Assembly (NCBI GenBank): GCA_964607485.1
Contig: CAZSKP010000001.1
Span: 153,941 to 217,940, forward strand
From: an uncultured bacterium
GTDB taxonomy: Bacteria; Abyssobacteria; SURF-5
Length of the DNA stretch: 64,000 nt
Direction of reading: 5' to 3'
Each line of letters starts with the position of its first letter. Position 1 is the stretch's first letter. Shown in pieces: positions 12,068 through 21,461 of the stretch. The notes beneath the pieces were generated by a model. The model made no database searches. It saw only the letters and a program-made list of their open reading frames with translations, and was not told the origin of the DNA. A program made the translations under genes and the position numbers.

Positions 12068-13528
12068 TTGATCAGGTCGGTCAAGAAAGTTCATTTCGTA
12101 GGCATCGGCGGCATCGGCATGAGCGGCCTGGCCGAGATACTGCTCAACCTCGGCTACCAGGTCTCCGGCTCGGACCTCAACCCCAGCGCGATCACGAACC
12201 GTTTGAAAAGGCTCGGAGCAACCTTCTACGAACGGCATTCGGCCGAAAACGTCGAGGGGGCGAGCATCGTCGTTTACTCAGCCGCCATTTCTCGGGATAA
12301 TCCGGAGCTTCTCGCGGCGCAGGCCGCCAAAATCCCGGCCATTCCCCGCAGCGAAATGCTCGCCGACCTCATGCGCCTGAAACCGAACGCCATAGCCGTC
12401 GCGGGCACGCACGGCAAAACGACCACCACGTCCATGATCGCGGCACTTCTGGAAAGGGCCGACATCGAATCCACGGCGATAATCGGGGGCATCCTGAACC
12501 GCAACGGAAGCAACGTCTCCTGGGGAACGGGCGACTTTCTGGTCGCCGAGGCCGACGAGCACGACGGCTCTTTTCTGAAATTGTTTCCGACAATCACCGT
12601 CGTGACGAGCATAGACGCCGAGCATCTCGAGTACTATGGCACGATAGACGAGATAAAGCGCGCGTTCCTCGATTTCGTCAGCCGCATTCCGTTTTACGGA
12701 TTTTCCGTCGTGAACAAGGAGGACGCCAACGTCCGCGACATCTTGCCGCACATACCCTCCAACCTGATCACGTACGCGATAAATCACCCTGCCGACCTCG
12801 AGGCCATCGACATCAAGACGAACCCGATGGTGCTTCAGAGCGGCAGGTTCGACGTGGAGCGCATGGAAACCTCTTTTGAAGTCAAGAATTCGAACAAGCA
12901 CCTGGAACCGTTGGGGACGCTCGGCCGTGTAAGGGTCAAGGCCGCCGGGAAACACAACGTCTTGAATGCGCTCGCCGCCATCGGGGTGGGCCTGGGGCTG
13001 GGGATGCCGTTCGACCAGATTTGTGAAGGGCTGCTCCTCTACGAGGGGGTCGAACGCAGGCTTCAGGTCAAGGCGAACACGGGAGGCGTGCTCGTGGTCG
13101 AGGACTACGCGCACCACCCGACCGAGATATCGGCGACCCTCGATGCGGTGTCTCACTTCGGAGCCAAGCGCATCATCGCGGTGTTTCAGCCACATCTTTA
13201 CAGCAGGACGAAGTTCTTCACGACGGAATTCGCGCAGTCGCTCTTGCCGGCGTCGAAGCTGCTTGTCACGGAAATCTATAAGGCGAGGGAGGAGCCGATG
13301 CCGGGAGTGAGCGGGCTGAATATCGTGAAGGCGGCGCGCGAGTTCGGCCATTCCGACGCCGAATTCATCGAGGATAAGTGGAGCGTGCCCGATGCCATCG
13401 AGGCCGACCTGGCGCAGGGGGATGTGGTGCTCGTGCTGGGCGCCGGCGACATATGGAAGGTGGCCGACGAGATCGCCGGCCGTGTAAAGGAGAAGTTCGG
13501 TTCGAAGGCTGAAAAGGAAGGCCGTTGA
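12068..13528 (+). CDS. murC: UDP-MurNAc--L-Ala ligase
   Basis: HFVGIGGIGMSG, AGTHGKTTT, EADE, DYAHHP, FQPH. Confidence 0.97.
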   Translation: MIRSVKKVHFVGIGGIGMSGLAEILLNLGYQVSGSDLNPSAITNRLKRLGATFYERHSAENVEGASIVVYSAAISRDNPELLAAQAAKIPAIPRSEMLADLMRLKPNAIAVAGTHGKTTTTSMIAALLERADIESTAIIGGILNRNGSNVSWGTGDFLVAEADEHDGSFLKLFPTITVVTSIDAEHLEYYGTIDEIKRAFLDFVSRIPFYGFSVVNKEDANVRDILPHIPSNLITYAINHPADLEAIDIKTNPMVLQSGRFDVERMETSFEVKNSNKHLEPLGTLGRVRVKAAGKHNVLNALAAIGVGLGLGMPFDQICEGLLLYEGVERRLQVKANTGGVLVVEDYAHHPTEISATLDAVSHFGAKRIIAVFQPHLYSRTKFFTTEFAQSLLPASKLLVTEIYKAREEPMPGVSGLNIVKAAREFGHSDAEFIEDKWSVPDAIEADLAQGDVVLVLGAGDIWKVADEIAGRVKEKFGSKAEKEGR

Positions 13529-14469
13529 GAGTTGCGATTCCTAAATCGGGAATGCGGAACATGGACAACGAGTTGCGCGAAGAAATCAGGAAACTCATCC
13601 GGGGCGAGGTGAGGAGCCGGGAGCCCATGTCCGGCCACACTTCCTTCGGCATTGGTGGTCCGGCTGACATCTGGGCTGTGCCTCAATCGCTCGAAGACCT
13701 CTTTGCGCTGCTCGACCTGTGTGAGACAAAGAAGATTCCATACATGATAATCGGACGCGGCACGAACCTGCTCGTCCGCGACGGCGGCGTTGGGGGAGTG
13801 GTCATAAGTTTGGACGATGCCTGCGGACATCTGGACGCGAACAGGGTCCGCATTGTGGCCGGCGCGGGCATTTCGCTGAATGTTTTGGTCAGATTCGCCG
13901 CCCAGCACGGGCTGCAGGGCCTCGAATTCTGCGTCGGCATACCCGGCTCTGTCGGTGGGGGGCTGGCGACGAACGCGGGAGCGTGGGGAAGCAGCCTGGG
14001 CGAGGTCGTCAAGAGCGTCGTCATCTATGATCCCAGGAAGCGGGAGACCCAAAGGCTGGCGAAGGGCGAGATAACTTTCGAATACAGGAAGAGCGACCTC
14101 GCCTCCCGCGGAGTGATACTGGAAGCGGAGTTCGAGGTGAAAGCGGCCGAGCCCGATGCGATATTCGCCCGGATGAGAGAACATCTTCTGCAGAGGTCGA
14201 ACAGCCAGCCGCTCGGATTCAAGAGCGCAGGATGTATTTTCAAAAACCCGGCCGACCGCCCGGCAGGCGCTTTGATTGAAGCACTCGGATTCAAGGGGTA
14301 CAGGCGCGGAGGCGCGGAGGTGTCCGACGTTCACGCCAACTTCATCCTCAACTCCGGTTCCGCCAGCGCGGCCGACGTGCTGGCGATAATGGCCGAGATC
14401 AAGAAGCGTTCGCTCGCTCAGGCCGGCATCGACCTGGAGGAGGAAATCGAGGTAGTGGGGAGAGATTGA
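13525..14469 (+). CDS. murB: UDP-N-acetylenolpyruvoylglucosamine reductase
   Basis: HTSFGIGGPA, GRGTNLL, GIPGSVGG..TNAGA, SAGCIFKNP, HANF; start may be 13552 or 13561. Confidence 0.96.
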   Translation: MRVAIPKSGMRNMDNELREEIRKLIRGEVRSREPMSGHTSFGIGGPADIWAVPQSLEDLFALLDLCETKKIPYMIIGRGTNLLVRDGGVGGVVISLDDACGHLDANRVRIVAGAGISLNVLVRFAAQHGLQGLEFCVGIPGSVGGGLATNAGAWGSSLGEVVKSVVIYDPRKRETQRLAKGEITFEYRKSDLASRGVILEAEFEVKAAEPDAIFARMREHLLQRSNSQPLGFKSAGCIFKNPADRPAGALIEALGFKGYRRGGAEVSDVHANFILNSGSASAADVLAIMAEIKKRSLAQAGIDLEEEIEVVGRD

Positions 14470-15434
14470 TGGCAGCGCGCAAGTCGGCAAAGAAGAGGTC
14501 GAGGCTGCTCCGCGTATGGGACAATCTGCGCGCCGTGCTGAAACGTGGAGACCCGACGCGAGTGTTCGTCGGCAAGTTGGTCAAGGAAAACACAAAGATA
14601 ATCCAGACGGCCAAGACCACTCCCCGACGCCGCCAGAAGGTGAAGCGCCGGCAGCGCGTATTGATGGCCAGGAAGAAACGAATCGCGCGGGCGGCGCTGT
14701 CCGCCGTCAAGCTTCTCCTTTTCGGCGCCGCGTTGACTGTGCTGACCGTGAACGTGCTCAGATACGTGCGTTCTTCCCCGAGGTTTTCCATCGCTCACAT
14801 TGGGGTGAAGGGGAACACGCACACCACTGCACGCGCGGTCATCCAAAAATCGGGGATAGTCGAAGGAGAAAACATCTTTCGCGTTAGCCTTGCCGACGCC
14901 AAGGCGGCCATCGAGGAGATCCCTCGGGTTCGACGCGCGCGGGTCGAAAGAAAACTACCCGACGAGATTTACATCGAGATAACAGAACGCCAGCCACTTG
15001 CGCCGCTGCTTTCGAGTGAACTTATGTGCATTGACGACGAGGGGGAGGTATTCGCTAAATTCAGCCCGTCCGAAAAGATCGACGCTCCCATAATAACGGG
15101 CAGAACGCTTGCGGGACTCAAGGTCGGCGACACCGTGAAAGCGGAGGGCATCGTCGAAGCTCTCGAGATAATCAGAATCATGAACGAAATGAACGTACGG
15201 GAGAGTATTCGAATCTCGGAGATAAACATCGACGACCCGGCCAACATACTGATGGTCGAACAACAATCGGGCGCAAACATATGTGTCGGGTCGGGGGATT
15301 TGCGGGGAAAGCTTTGGAGGCTGGCCAGGGTAGCTGAAACGATCAATCAGGACGAACGCCTTCAGATCGCCAACTTGGAGGGGATGGACATGAGGTTCGA
15401 AGCCATCGTTCCCGCCAAGTTCAAAGACAGTTGA
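14466..15434 (+). CDS. ftsQ: Cell division protein FtsQ/DivIB
   Basis: Basic N-tail, TM, POTRA-like (VKGN...ERKLPDEIYIEITER), C-terminal DMRF motif; precedes ftsA. Confidence 0.9.
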   Translation: MMAARKSAKKRSRLLRVWDNLRAVLKRGDPTRVFVGKLVKENTKIIQTAKTTPRRRQKVKRRQRVLMARKKRIARAALSAVKLLLFGAALTVLTVNVLRYVRSSPRFSIAHIGVKGNTHTTARAVIQKSGIVEGENIFRVSLADAKAAIEEIPRVRRARVERKLPDEIYIEITERQPLAPLLSSELMCIDDEGEVFAKFSPSEKIDAPIITGRTLAGLKVGDTVKAEGIVEALEIIRIMNEMNVRESIRISEINIDDPANILMVEQQSGANICVGSGDLRGKLWRLARVAETINQDERLQIANLEGMDMRFEAIVPAKFKDS

Positions 15435-15507
15435 GTCGAAAAGCGCGAGCGAATTCGGTTCCATCGGAAAGCGGAATTACATCGGAAAGGCAGGTGAAGG
15501 GGCGAAT

Positions 15508-16749
15508 ATGGCGAAAGAAGCTCCGATAGTGGCTCTGGACATCGGTACGAGCAAGGTGTGCGCGCTTATCGGAGAACCCGGACCCGACCGGACGATCAGG
15601 GTGTTGGGGTTCAGCGAGAGCAGGTCCGAGGGGTTGAGAAAGGGAATCATAGTTAATGTTGAACGGACCATCGCGGCCATCCATCAGGCGGTCGAGGAGG
15701 CCGAGAACCAGGCCGGCATCGACGTCAACTCGGTTTTCGTCGGGATCTCGGGCGGGCACATCAAGAGCTTGAACAGTCGCGGCATGACCGGCGTGGCCAG
15801 GAACGACAAGGAGATTACCCGGGATGATGTGAAGCGAGCCATCGAGGCCGCCAAGGCGGTTGCAATACCCATCGACAGGGAGGTCGTTCACGTGCTTCCC
15901 TACGGATTCATAATCGATGGTCAGGACGGCATCCGCGACCCCGTCGGAATGCTGGGCGTGCGGCTCGAGGTGGATGTGCACATCGTCACGGGATCGGTCA
16001 CGTCTGTGCAGAATCTCATGAAGAGCGTCAACCGCGCCGGGTTCGATGTCGAGGGCGTCGTTCTCGAACCCCTGGCGTCGGCGGAATCGACGCTCACCGA
16101 TGACGAGAAAGACCTCGGCGTGGCGATGATCGATATTGGCGGCGGGACATCGGACATAATCGTTTACCTGAACGGTTCCGTGCGCCACAGCGAGGTCATC
16201 GGCCTGGGGGGCGAACACGTGACGCGGGATATTTCGCTCGGACTTCGCACGCCCCACGAGAAGGCCGAGGAGATGAAGAAAGCGCACGGCTGTGCGCTTC
16301 AGTCGATGGTCCGCAACGGGCAGACGATCGCCGTGCCCAGCGTAGGCGACCGTCGCGACCGCGAGGTCGCCCTGCGGGAGATGGTCGAGATAATCGAAAT
16401 CAGGATGGACGAGCTGATGCGTCTGATCCAGATGGAAATTCAGCTCACGGGCTACGGCGAACTCATCGCGGGCGGAGTCGTTCTCACGGGAGGCGCGTCG
16501 CTCCTTCCCGGTATCGCCGAAATGAGCGAGGAGATATTCGGATGCCCCGTGAGGATAGGCGGGCCCCGATACGCGGTCAATCTCGACGAATACAAATCGT
16601 TGGCCGGACCTTCCTATGCCACGGTGACCGGCCTGGCACGTTACGGGCTCATCCAGCGTAGCAGACGCGACTCCTTTGGGCCGAACATTTTTGGAGCATT
16701 TGGGAAACTTGTCGGCCGCGTCGGGGGTTGGGTGCGGACTAATCTGTAA
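15508..16749 (+). CDS. ftsA: Cell division protein FtsA
   Basis: LDIGTSKV, DIGGGTSD, VLTGGAS, C-terminal amphipathic helix. Confidence 0.97.
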   Translation: MAKEAPIVALDIGTSKVCALIGEPGPDRTIRVLGFSESRSEGLRKGIIVNVERTIAAIHQAVEEAENQAGIDVNSVFVGISGGHIKSLNSRGMTGVARNDKEITRDDVKRAIEAAKAVAIPIDREVVHVLPYGFIIDGQDGIRDPVGMLGVRLEVDVHIVTGSVTSVQNLMKSVNRAGFDVEGVVLEPLASAESTLTDDEKDLGVAMIDIGGGTSDIIVYLNGSVRHSEVIGLGGEHVTRDISLGLRTPHEKAEEMKKAHGCALQSMVRNGQTIAVPSVGDRRDREVALREMVEIIEIRMDELMRLIQMEIQLTGYGELIAGGVVLTGGASLLPGIAEMSEEIFGCPVRIGGPRYAVNLDEYKSLAGPSYATVTGLARYGLIQRSRRDSFGPNIFGAFGKLVGRVGGWVRTNL

Positions 16750-16775
16750 GAATATTTTCCGGAAGGAGCGAGAAC

Positions 16776-17975
16776 ATGGCTTTCGAGTTCATTGACGAGC
16801 CCAACGTCGGCGGGCGTCTCATCGTCATAGGCGTGGGCGGCGGCGGCAGCAATGCCGTGGACCACATGATAGAGGCCAGAATCACTGGAGTCGAGTTCAT
16901 CGCCGTCAACACGGACGCCCAGGCGCTCGAGCGTTCGCGCGCGCCCATCAAGATGCAACTCGGCGCCGTGCTGACGAAGGGGCGCGGCTCGGGAGGCAAC
17001 CCCGAGATCGGGCGACAGGCCGCTCTGGAGGATGTGGAACTGATTCGCGAGACGCTGAAAGGGGCGGAGATGGTGTTCGTGACGGCCGGGTTCGGGGGCG
17101 GCACGGGCACCGGCGCCGGCCCGGTGATCGCCGAGGTTGCCAAGAACATGGGTGCGCTGACGGTCGCGATCGTGACGAAACCGTTCAACTTCGAAGGAAA
17201 ACCACGCCACGACAACGCCAACGCGGGCGTCGAAGAGCTGCGAGGTTGTGTGGACACGCTGATCGTCGTCCCCAACCAGAAGCTTCTCGAGGTGGAGGTG
17301 ATTGACAGGAGCACGACGATTGTCGATGCGTTCCGGATGGCCGACGACATATTGAGACAGGGAGTCGAATGCATCTCCGGCCTCATCACGATGACCGGCC
17401 TCATCAATCTCGACCTCAACGATGTCCGCCGCATCATGTCCGACACCGGGTCGGCCCTGATGGGCGTCGGCTCCGCCACGGGTGAGGGGCGGGCCGTTGC
17501 GGCGGCGAGGGGCGCCATCACCTCGCCCCTGCTCGAAAGCTCCGACATGAGCGGCGCGCGAGGAGTCATAATAAATATCGTCGGAGGCACCAGCCTCTCG
17601 CTCTACGAAGTCAACGAGGCCGCCACAATCGTATCCAGAGCCGCCGACCGCGAGGCGAATGTGATCTTCGGAGCGGTAATCGACCCGGAGCTCACCGACA
17701 AGATAAAGGTCACGGTCATAGCGACCGGGTTCCAGACGGAGGAAGAACGCGCAAAGAAGGCCGTCCCCAGCGAGCCGGGCAGGCCGATGGAACTGTTCTC
17801 CTACGAGGAGCTCGCCAGCACTCCCGCGTTCGTCAGGCATTCCGGCGGCAAGAAGGTGAAGGTGCTCTCGGCGAGAGGCAAAGAGGGGCTTTTCACGGAA
17901 AACCTGGAGATACCGACGTTTATTCGCCGGAAAAACGAGCGGAAGGTGCCGCTGGAGCAGGAGAACGCCAAATAA
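16776..17975 (+). CDS. ftsZ: Cell division GTPase FtsZ
   Basis: GVGGGGSNAV, GGGTGTG tubulin signature, C-terminal LEIPTFIRR. Confidence 0.99.
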   Translation: MAFEFIDEPNVGGRLIVIGVGGGGSNAVDHMIEARITGVEFIAVNTDAQALERSRAPIKMQLGAVLTKGRGSGGNPEIGRQAALEDVELIRETLKGAEMVFVTAGFGGGTGTGAGPVIAEVAKNMGALTVAIVTKPFNFEGKPRHDNANAGVEELRGCVDTLIVVPNQKLLEVEVIDRSTTIVDAFRMADDILRQGVECISGLITMTGLINLDLNDVRRIMSDTGSALMGVGSATGEGRAVAAARGAITSPLLESSDMSGARGVIINIVGGTSLSLYEVNEAATIVSRAADREANVIFGAVIDPELTDKIKVTVIATGFQTEEERAKKAVPSEPGRPMELFSYEELASTPAFVRHSGGKKVKVLSARGKEGLFTENLEIPTFIRRKNERKVPLEQENAK

Positions 17976-18018
17976 GCGCGGACCTGAGATCGCACTCCGG
18001 CGCCCTCCCGAAGGATGA

Positions 18019-19665
18019 ATGGGAAAGAGCCTTCGTCAGGTAGAACAGTATCGCCGGGCCAGACTCTCGGTTGAGCGGGGAATGGCGTTGAAAAAGAGCG
18101 CGCCGCTGAGAGTGTGCCTCGTCTTTCCGAACACCTACCACGCGGGAATGTCGAACCTTGCGGTACACACTCTCTACTCGATATTGAACTCAAGGAGAGA
18201 CTGCATCTGCGAGCGGAGCTTTTGCGAGGAGCCGCTGCTGGGACGTTCGCTCGAAACGGGCTCTCCATTGGGAAGCTTCCACATCGTGGCGTTTTCCATA
18301 TCGTTCGAGCTGGATTATCCCAACGTTCTCAAGACGCTGCTCGCGGCGCGCATTCCACTGCGGACCGCCGACAGGAAGGCATCGCACCCGCTCGTCATAG
18401 CGGGCGGGCCCTGCATATTCTCGAATCCGGAACCGCTTGCCGATTGCATCGACCTGTGCGCCATCGGCGAGGGTGAGGAAATCAGCAATGAGATAGTTGA
18501 CGTGTTTTCCAAGGCTCGCGCGCGCGGCCTCGACAGGACCTCCACACTTCGCGCTCTCTCGGAGATTCCGGGAGCGTATGTGCCGTCTCTTCATGAGCCC
18601 ATCTACTCGGACGGTGGGGAATTGACGGGCATGGAGAGCAAGAAAGGGGGCGGCCTTCCCGTTAAGGCGCGCGTCGTCCCGGAACTCGACAAGTACCCAT
18701 GTGCATCGGTTATAATAACCCCGGAGACCGAGTTTGCGGACATGGTCCTCATCGAGCTCGGAAGGGGATGCAGGCGGGGGTGCAAGTTCTGCTCGGCTTG
18801 TCATACGTATCTGGTGCGCAACCGTTCGCTCGATTCTCTGAAGAAGCAGATTCTTGCCGCCGAAGGGATGTCGGGCAGGCTGGGGCTTGTGACATCCGAC
18901 CTGGCGGATTATCCGCGCAGGAGGGAACTGCTCTCCTTCCTGCTGAATAAAGGCTTCGGTTTTTCAGTCTCATCCATAAGAGCCGACGCGATAACCGACG
19001 ACGTGCTCGCCGGCATGAGGGCATGCGGGCAGCGGACGCTGACGCTCGCTCCCGAGGCAGTGGGGGAAAAACTGGCCGCCCTGACCGGCAAAAGAATCAC
19101 CGCCGACATGGTCCTGAGGGCGGTCGATATGGCGCTCGACCAGCATATACCTAGCTTCCGACTGTACTTCATGATCGGTTTCCCAGGGGAGGAAGACGAC
19201 GATGTCGGGGCCATAGTCGAGCTTGCCTCGCGCGTGCAGGGATTGATGCGCCGAGCCGCGAAGGGTCTCCGGAAAATCGGCAGGCTGACCATAAGCGTGA
19301 ACCCTTTTGTACCCAAACCGTTCACACCTTTGGAATCGGCCCCGTTTGCGGGTATGTCGGTTCTTGCGAGCCGCGTCAAAATTCTGCGCCGGGGTCTGGC
19401 CCGGCTCGCAAACACGAGTCTTACGGTAGAGAGTCCCCGCATGGCCAAGCTCCAGTGCGCCTTCGCGCGTGGCGACAGGCGAGTGGCGAGTCTGGCGCAA
19501 TCGGTGGCCGAGGGCGGGACGGTCTCTCAGGCCATGCGGAGTTTTGGAGACAGGATAGAACGATATACAGGCGCCCAGCCGGAGGGCGTCGGCATGCGTC
19601 CCTGGCACACAATCGAACCGCCGGCGGCGCAAAGGAAAAGGGTTGCGAGAAAGGATCGACTTTGA
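18019..19665 (+). CDS. Radical SAM protein with N-terminal B12-binding-like domain, function unknown
   Basis: FPNTYHAGMSNL, IAGGPC..NPEP, RGCRRGCKFC (CxxxCxxC), TLAPE, YFMIG, FVPKPFTP. Confidence 0.88.
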   Translation: MGKSLRQVEQYRRARLSVERGMALKKSAPLRVCLVFPNTYHAGMSNLAVHTLYSILNSRRDCICERSFCEEPLLGRSLETGSPLGSFHIVAFSISFELDYPNVLKTLLAARIPLRTADRKASHPLVIAGGPCIFSNPEPLADCIDLCAIGEGEEISNEIVDVFSKARARGLDRTSTLRALSEIPGAYVPSLHEPIYSDGGELTGMESKKGGGLPVKARVVPELDKYPCASVIITPETEFADMVLIELGRGCRRGCKFCSACHTYLVRNRSLDSLKKQILAAEGMSGRLGLVTSDLADYPRRRELLSFLLNKGFGFSVSSIRADAITDDVLAGMRACGQRTLTLAPEAVGEKLAALTGKRITADMVLRAVDMALDQHIPSFRLYFMIGFPGEEDDDVGAIVELASRVQGLMRRAAKGLRKIGRLTISVNPFVPKPFTPLESAPFAGMSVLASRVKILRRGLARLANTSLTVESPRMAKLQCAFARGDRRVASLAQSVAEGGTVSQAMRSFGDRIERYTGAQPEGVGMRPWHTIEPPAAQRKRVARKDRL

Positions 19666-20468
19666 AAAACACACTATTTTTCATCACTATCGTATCGTTT
19701 TTGCTCGCCGGCACCATCGCCGGCGCGACAGTCGGCTCGGAGGGGGAACAAGCCATCTCCAAAGTGAAGCTCACGCAGGAGTCGTTGCCGCCTGGCATGA
19801 GAATTGCTCAAGAAGTCTGGGCTTCCGCATCACAGTTGCTCAAGATTCGGACGAGAGTGGGGTTTCCCATACAGGCTCTGCTTAGTCAAGCAATGCTGTA
19901 TGAGAACGACCAGGCGAGAGTAAACTATATGGCGGCCCCGGACGAGGAGTGGCTCAACTTCGGCTACTCGAAGCTCGTTGAAACGGATGGGGCCAAGAGC
20001 TTCATCTTCTTGAAGGATAATGTGATTGTGCAAATAGCCGCCACTACGAGAGAATTCAGCGACGAGGTCGCCCATCTGTTCAAGGCCGACCCCGTACATT
20101 ATCGCAAGATCAGGACAGACCGTTTGCCGAAAGACTGGTTCTTGTTGGGTGAAGGATTCCTGACGGGTGAGGAGGCGCAAGAATATGACCGGGAACTCGG
20201 CGGGCAGTTAGAAAGTTCGCTCATGCAGGAATTCCTTGCCAATCGCATGAGAATAAAAGTCAAATACTATGAATGCGACACACCGCGTGCAGCCGACGAG
20301 ATCGCGCAGTACATTGCAGACAAGAAAAGCCCGGGTATCAAGCGGACAGTCGAGGCTCAGGGAGCCGTCGTCGTGGTGACGGAATCTCAGAATGAGGAAC
20401 TCAACCGCCGCGCCATGTCGCTCGTGAACTGGAAGCCGAGCATCGGAGCAGGCCTTGCTCCCCGGTAA
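19662..20468 (+). CDS. Secreted hypothetical protein with probable internal duplication
   Basis: TTG start overlaps previous stop (TTGA); signal peptide MKNTLFFITIVSFLLAGTIAGA. Confidence 0.7.
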   Translation: MKNTLFFITIVSFLLAGTIAGATVGSEGEQAISKVKLTQESLPPGMRIAQEVWASASQLLKIRTRVGFPIQALLSQAMLYENDQARVNYMAAPDEEWLNFGYSKLVETDGAKSFIFLKDNVIVQIAATTREFSDEVAHLFKADPVHYRKIRTDRLPKDWFLLGEGFLTGEEAQEYDRELGGQLESSLMQEFLANRMRIKVKYYECDTPRAADEIAQYIADKKSPGIKRTVEAQGAVVVVTESQNEELNRRAMSLVNWKPSIGAGLAPR

Positions 20469-20532
20469 CGCGCGTAAAGCGCAATGCCTTGTTTGACAGG
20501 ATGTTACGGGAAGGCCTGCGGCTGGAGCATAC

Positions 20533-20561
20533 TTGAGTTTGGCCCGGTTTTGTGCTATTAT
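20533..20561 (+). promoter_or_regulatory. Sigma70-type promoter of smpB
   Basis: TTGAGT-N17-TATTAT with extended -10 TG. Confidence 0.55.
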
Positions 20562-20572
20562 ATTCTGGTGAT

Positions 20573-21025
20573 ATGAGCCAGAAAATCGTGGCGGTCAACC
20601 GCAAGGCAAGAAGAGATTATGAGATTCTCGAATCTTTCGAGGCGGGCATGGCACTGAGCGGGACGGAGGTGAAATCGCTCCGCGAAGGCAAGGCGAATCT
20701 GAAGGACAGTTACGCAAAGATACTGGGGGGCGAGGTCTTTCTCGTGAATGCGCACATAAGCCCTTACTCCCATGGGAACGTGCAAAACCATGAGCCGTTG
20801 CGTGATAGGAAACTGCTTCTGCATAAGGCCGAGATCAAGCGTCTGACGGGAAAGACCGAGGAAAAGGGGCTGACGCTCATTCCATTGAAATTGTATTTCG
20901 AGCGCGGCCGAGCCAAGGTCGAGCTTGCGCTTGCTCGCGGGAAAAGAGAGTACGACAAGCGGGAAACGATAAAGAGGAGGGATTTGCAGAGGGAGATAGA
21001 AAGGGAGCTTAAGGGCAGGAAGTAG
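20573..21025 (+). CDS. smpB: SsrA-binding protein
   Basis: [37 protein letters not shown] at 20573. Confidence 0.98.
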   Translation: MSQKIVAVNRKARRDYEILESFEAGMALSGTEVKSLREGKANLKDSYAKILGGEVFLVNAHISPYSHGNVQNHEPLRDRKLLLHKAEIKRLTGKTEEKGLTLIPLKLYFERGRAKVELALARGKREYDKRETIKRRDLQREIERELKGRK

Positions 21026-21044
21026 TGGGAGCAAGTCAACTCAT

Positions 21045-21397
21045 GGGGGCGAAATGGGTTCGACAGGGATAATCGCTTCCTGGGTCGCATGCCGAGCTCC
21101 CCGACCACTCGTTAAACGGGCGGGAACTAAAATGTAATTGCAGAACCACAGTTCGCAATGGCGGCCTGATAAGGCCACCCAGCCCTCCCGGCAGGCCTGC
21201 GGGCCGGGAACGGCTGTCGACGAGCAGGATAGCGTCGGCGGAATGTCCGAACCTCCGGCGTGAAACCCTTCGGGCTGGCGGTTCGTGAATCCCTCTCACG
21301 GGAGCCACGCGCCGCGAGAACAAAACGTGAGATAAGCATGTAGAAGCCCACGAGGTGGGGTCTCTGGACGGGGGTTCGATTCCCCCCGCCTCCACCA
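21045..21397 (+). ncRNA. ssrA: tmRNA; tag peptide (A)AEPQFAMAA encoded at 21140-21169
   Basis: 5' GGGGGCGAAATGGGTTCGAC; 3' T-arm GGGGTTCGATTCCCC and CCTCCACCA acceptor end; tag ORF GCA...GCG GCC TGA TAA; adjacent to smpB. Confidence 0.97.
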
Positions 21398-21461
21398 CAC
21401 CAGAGAGAGATTGGGAAACCGAAGGTTGTATAGAGAATCGCTCTTGAATGCTGGATTGACA

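Noticed and set aside
21397-21460. Possible genomic island integrated at the tmRNA 3' end
   Set aside because: No integrase and no duplicated ssrA 3' fragment seen; housekeeping-type genes follow
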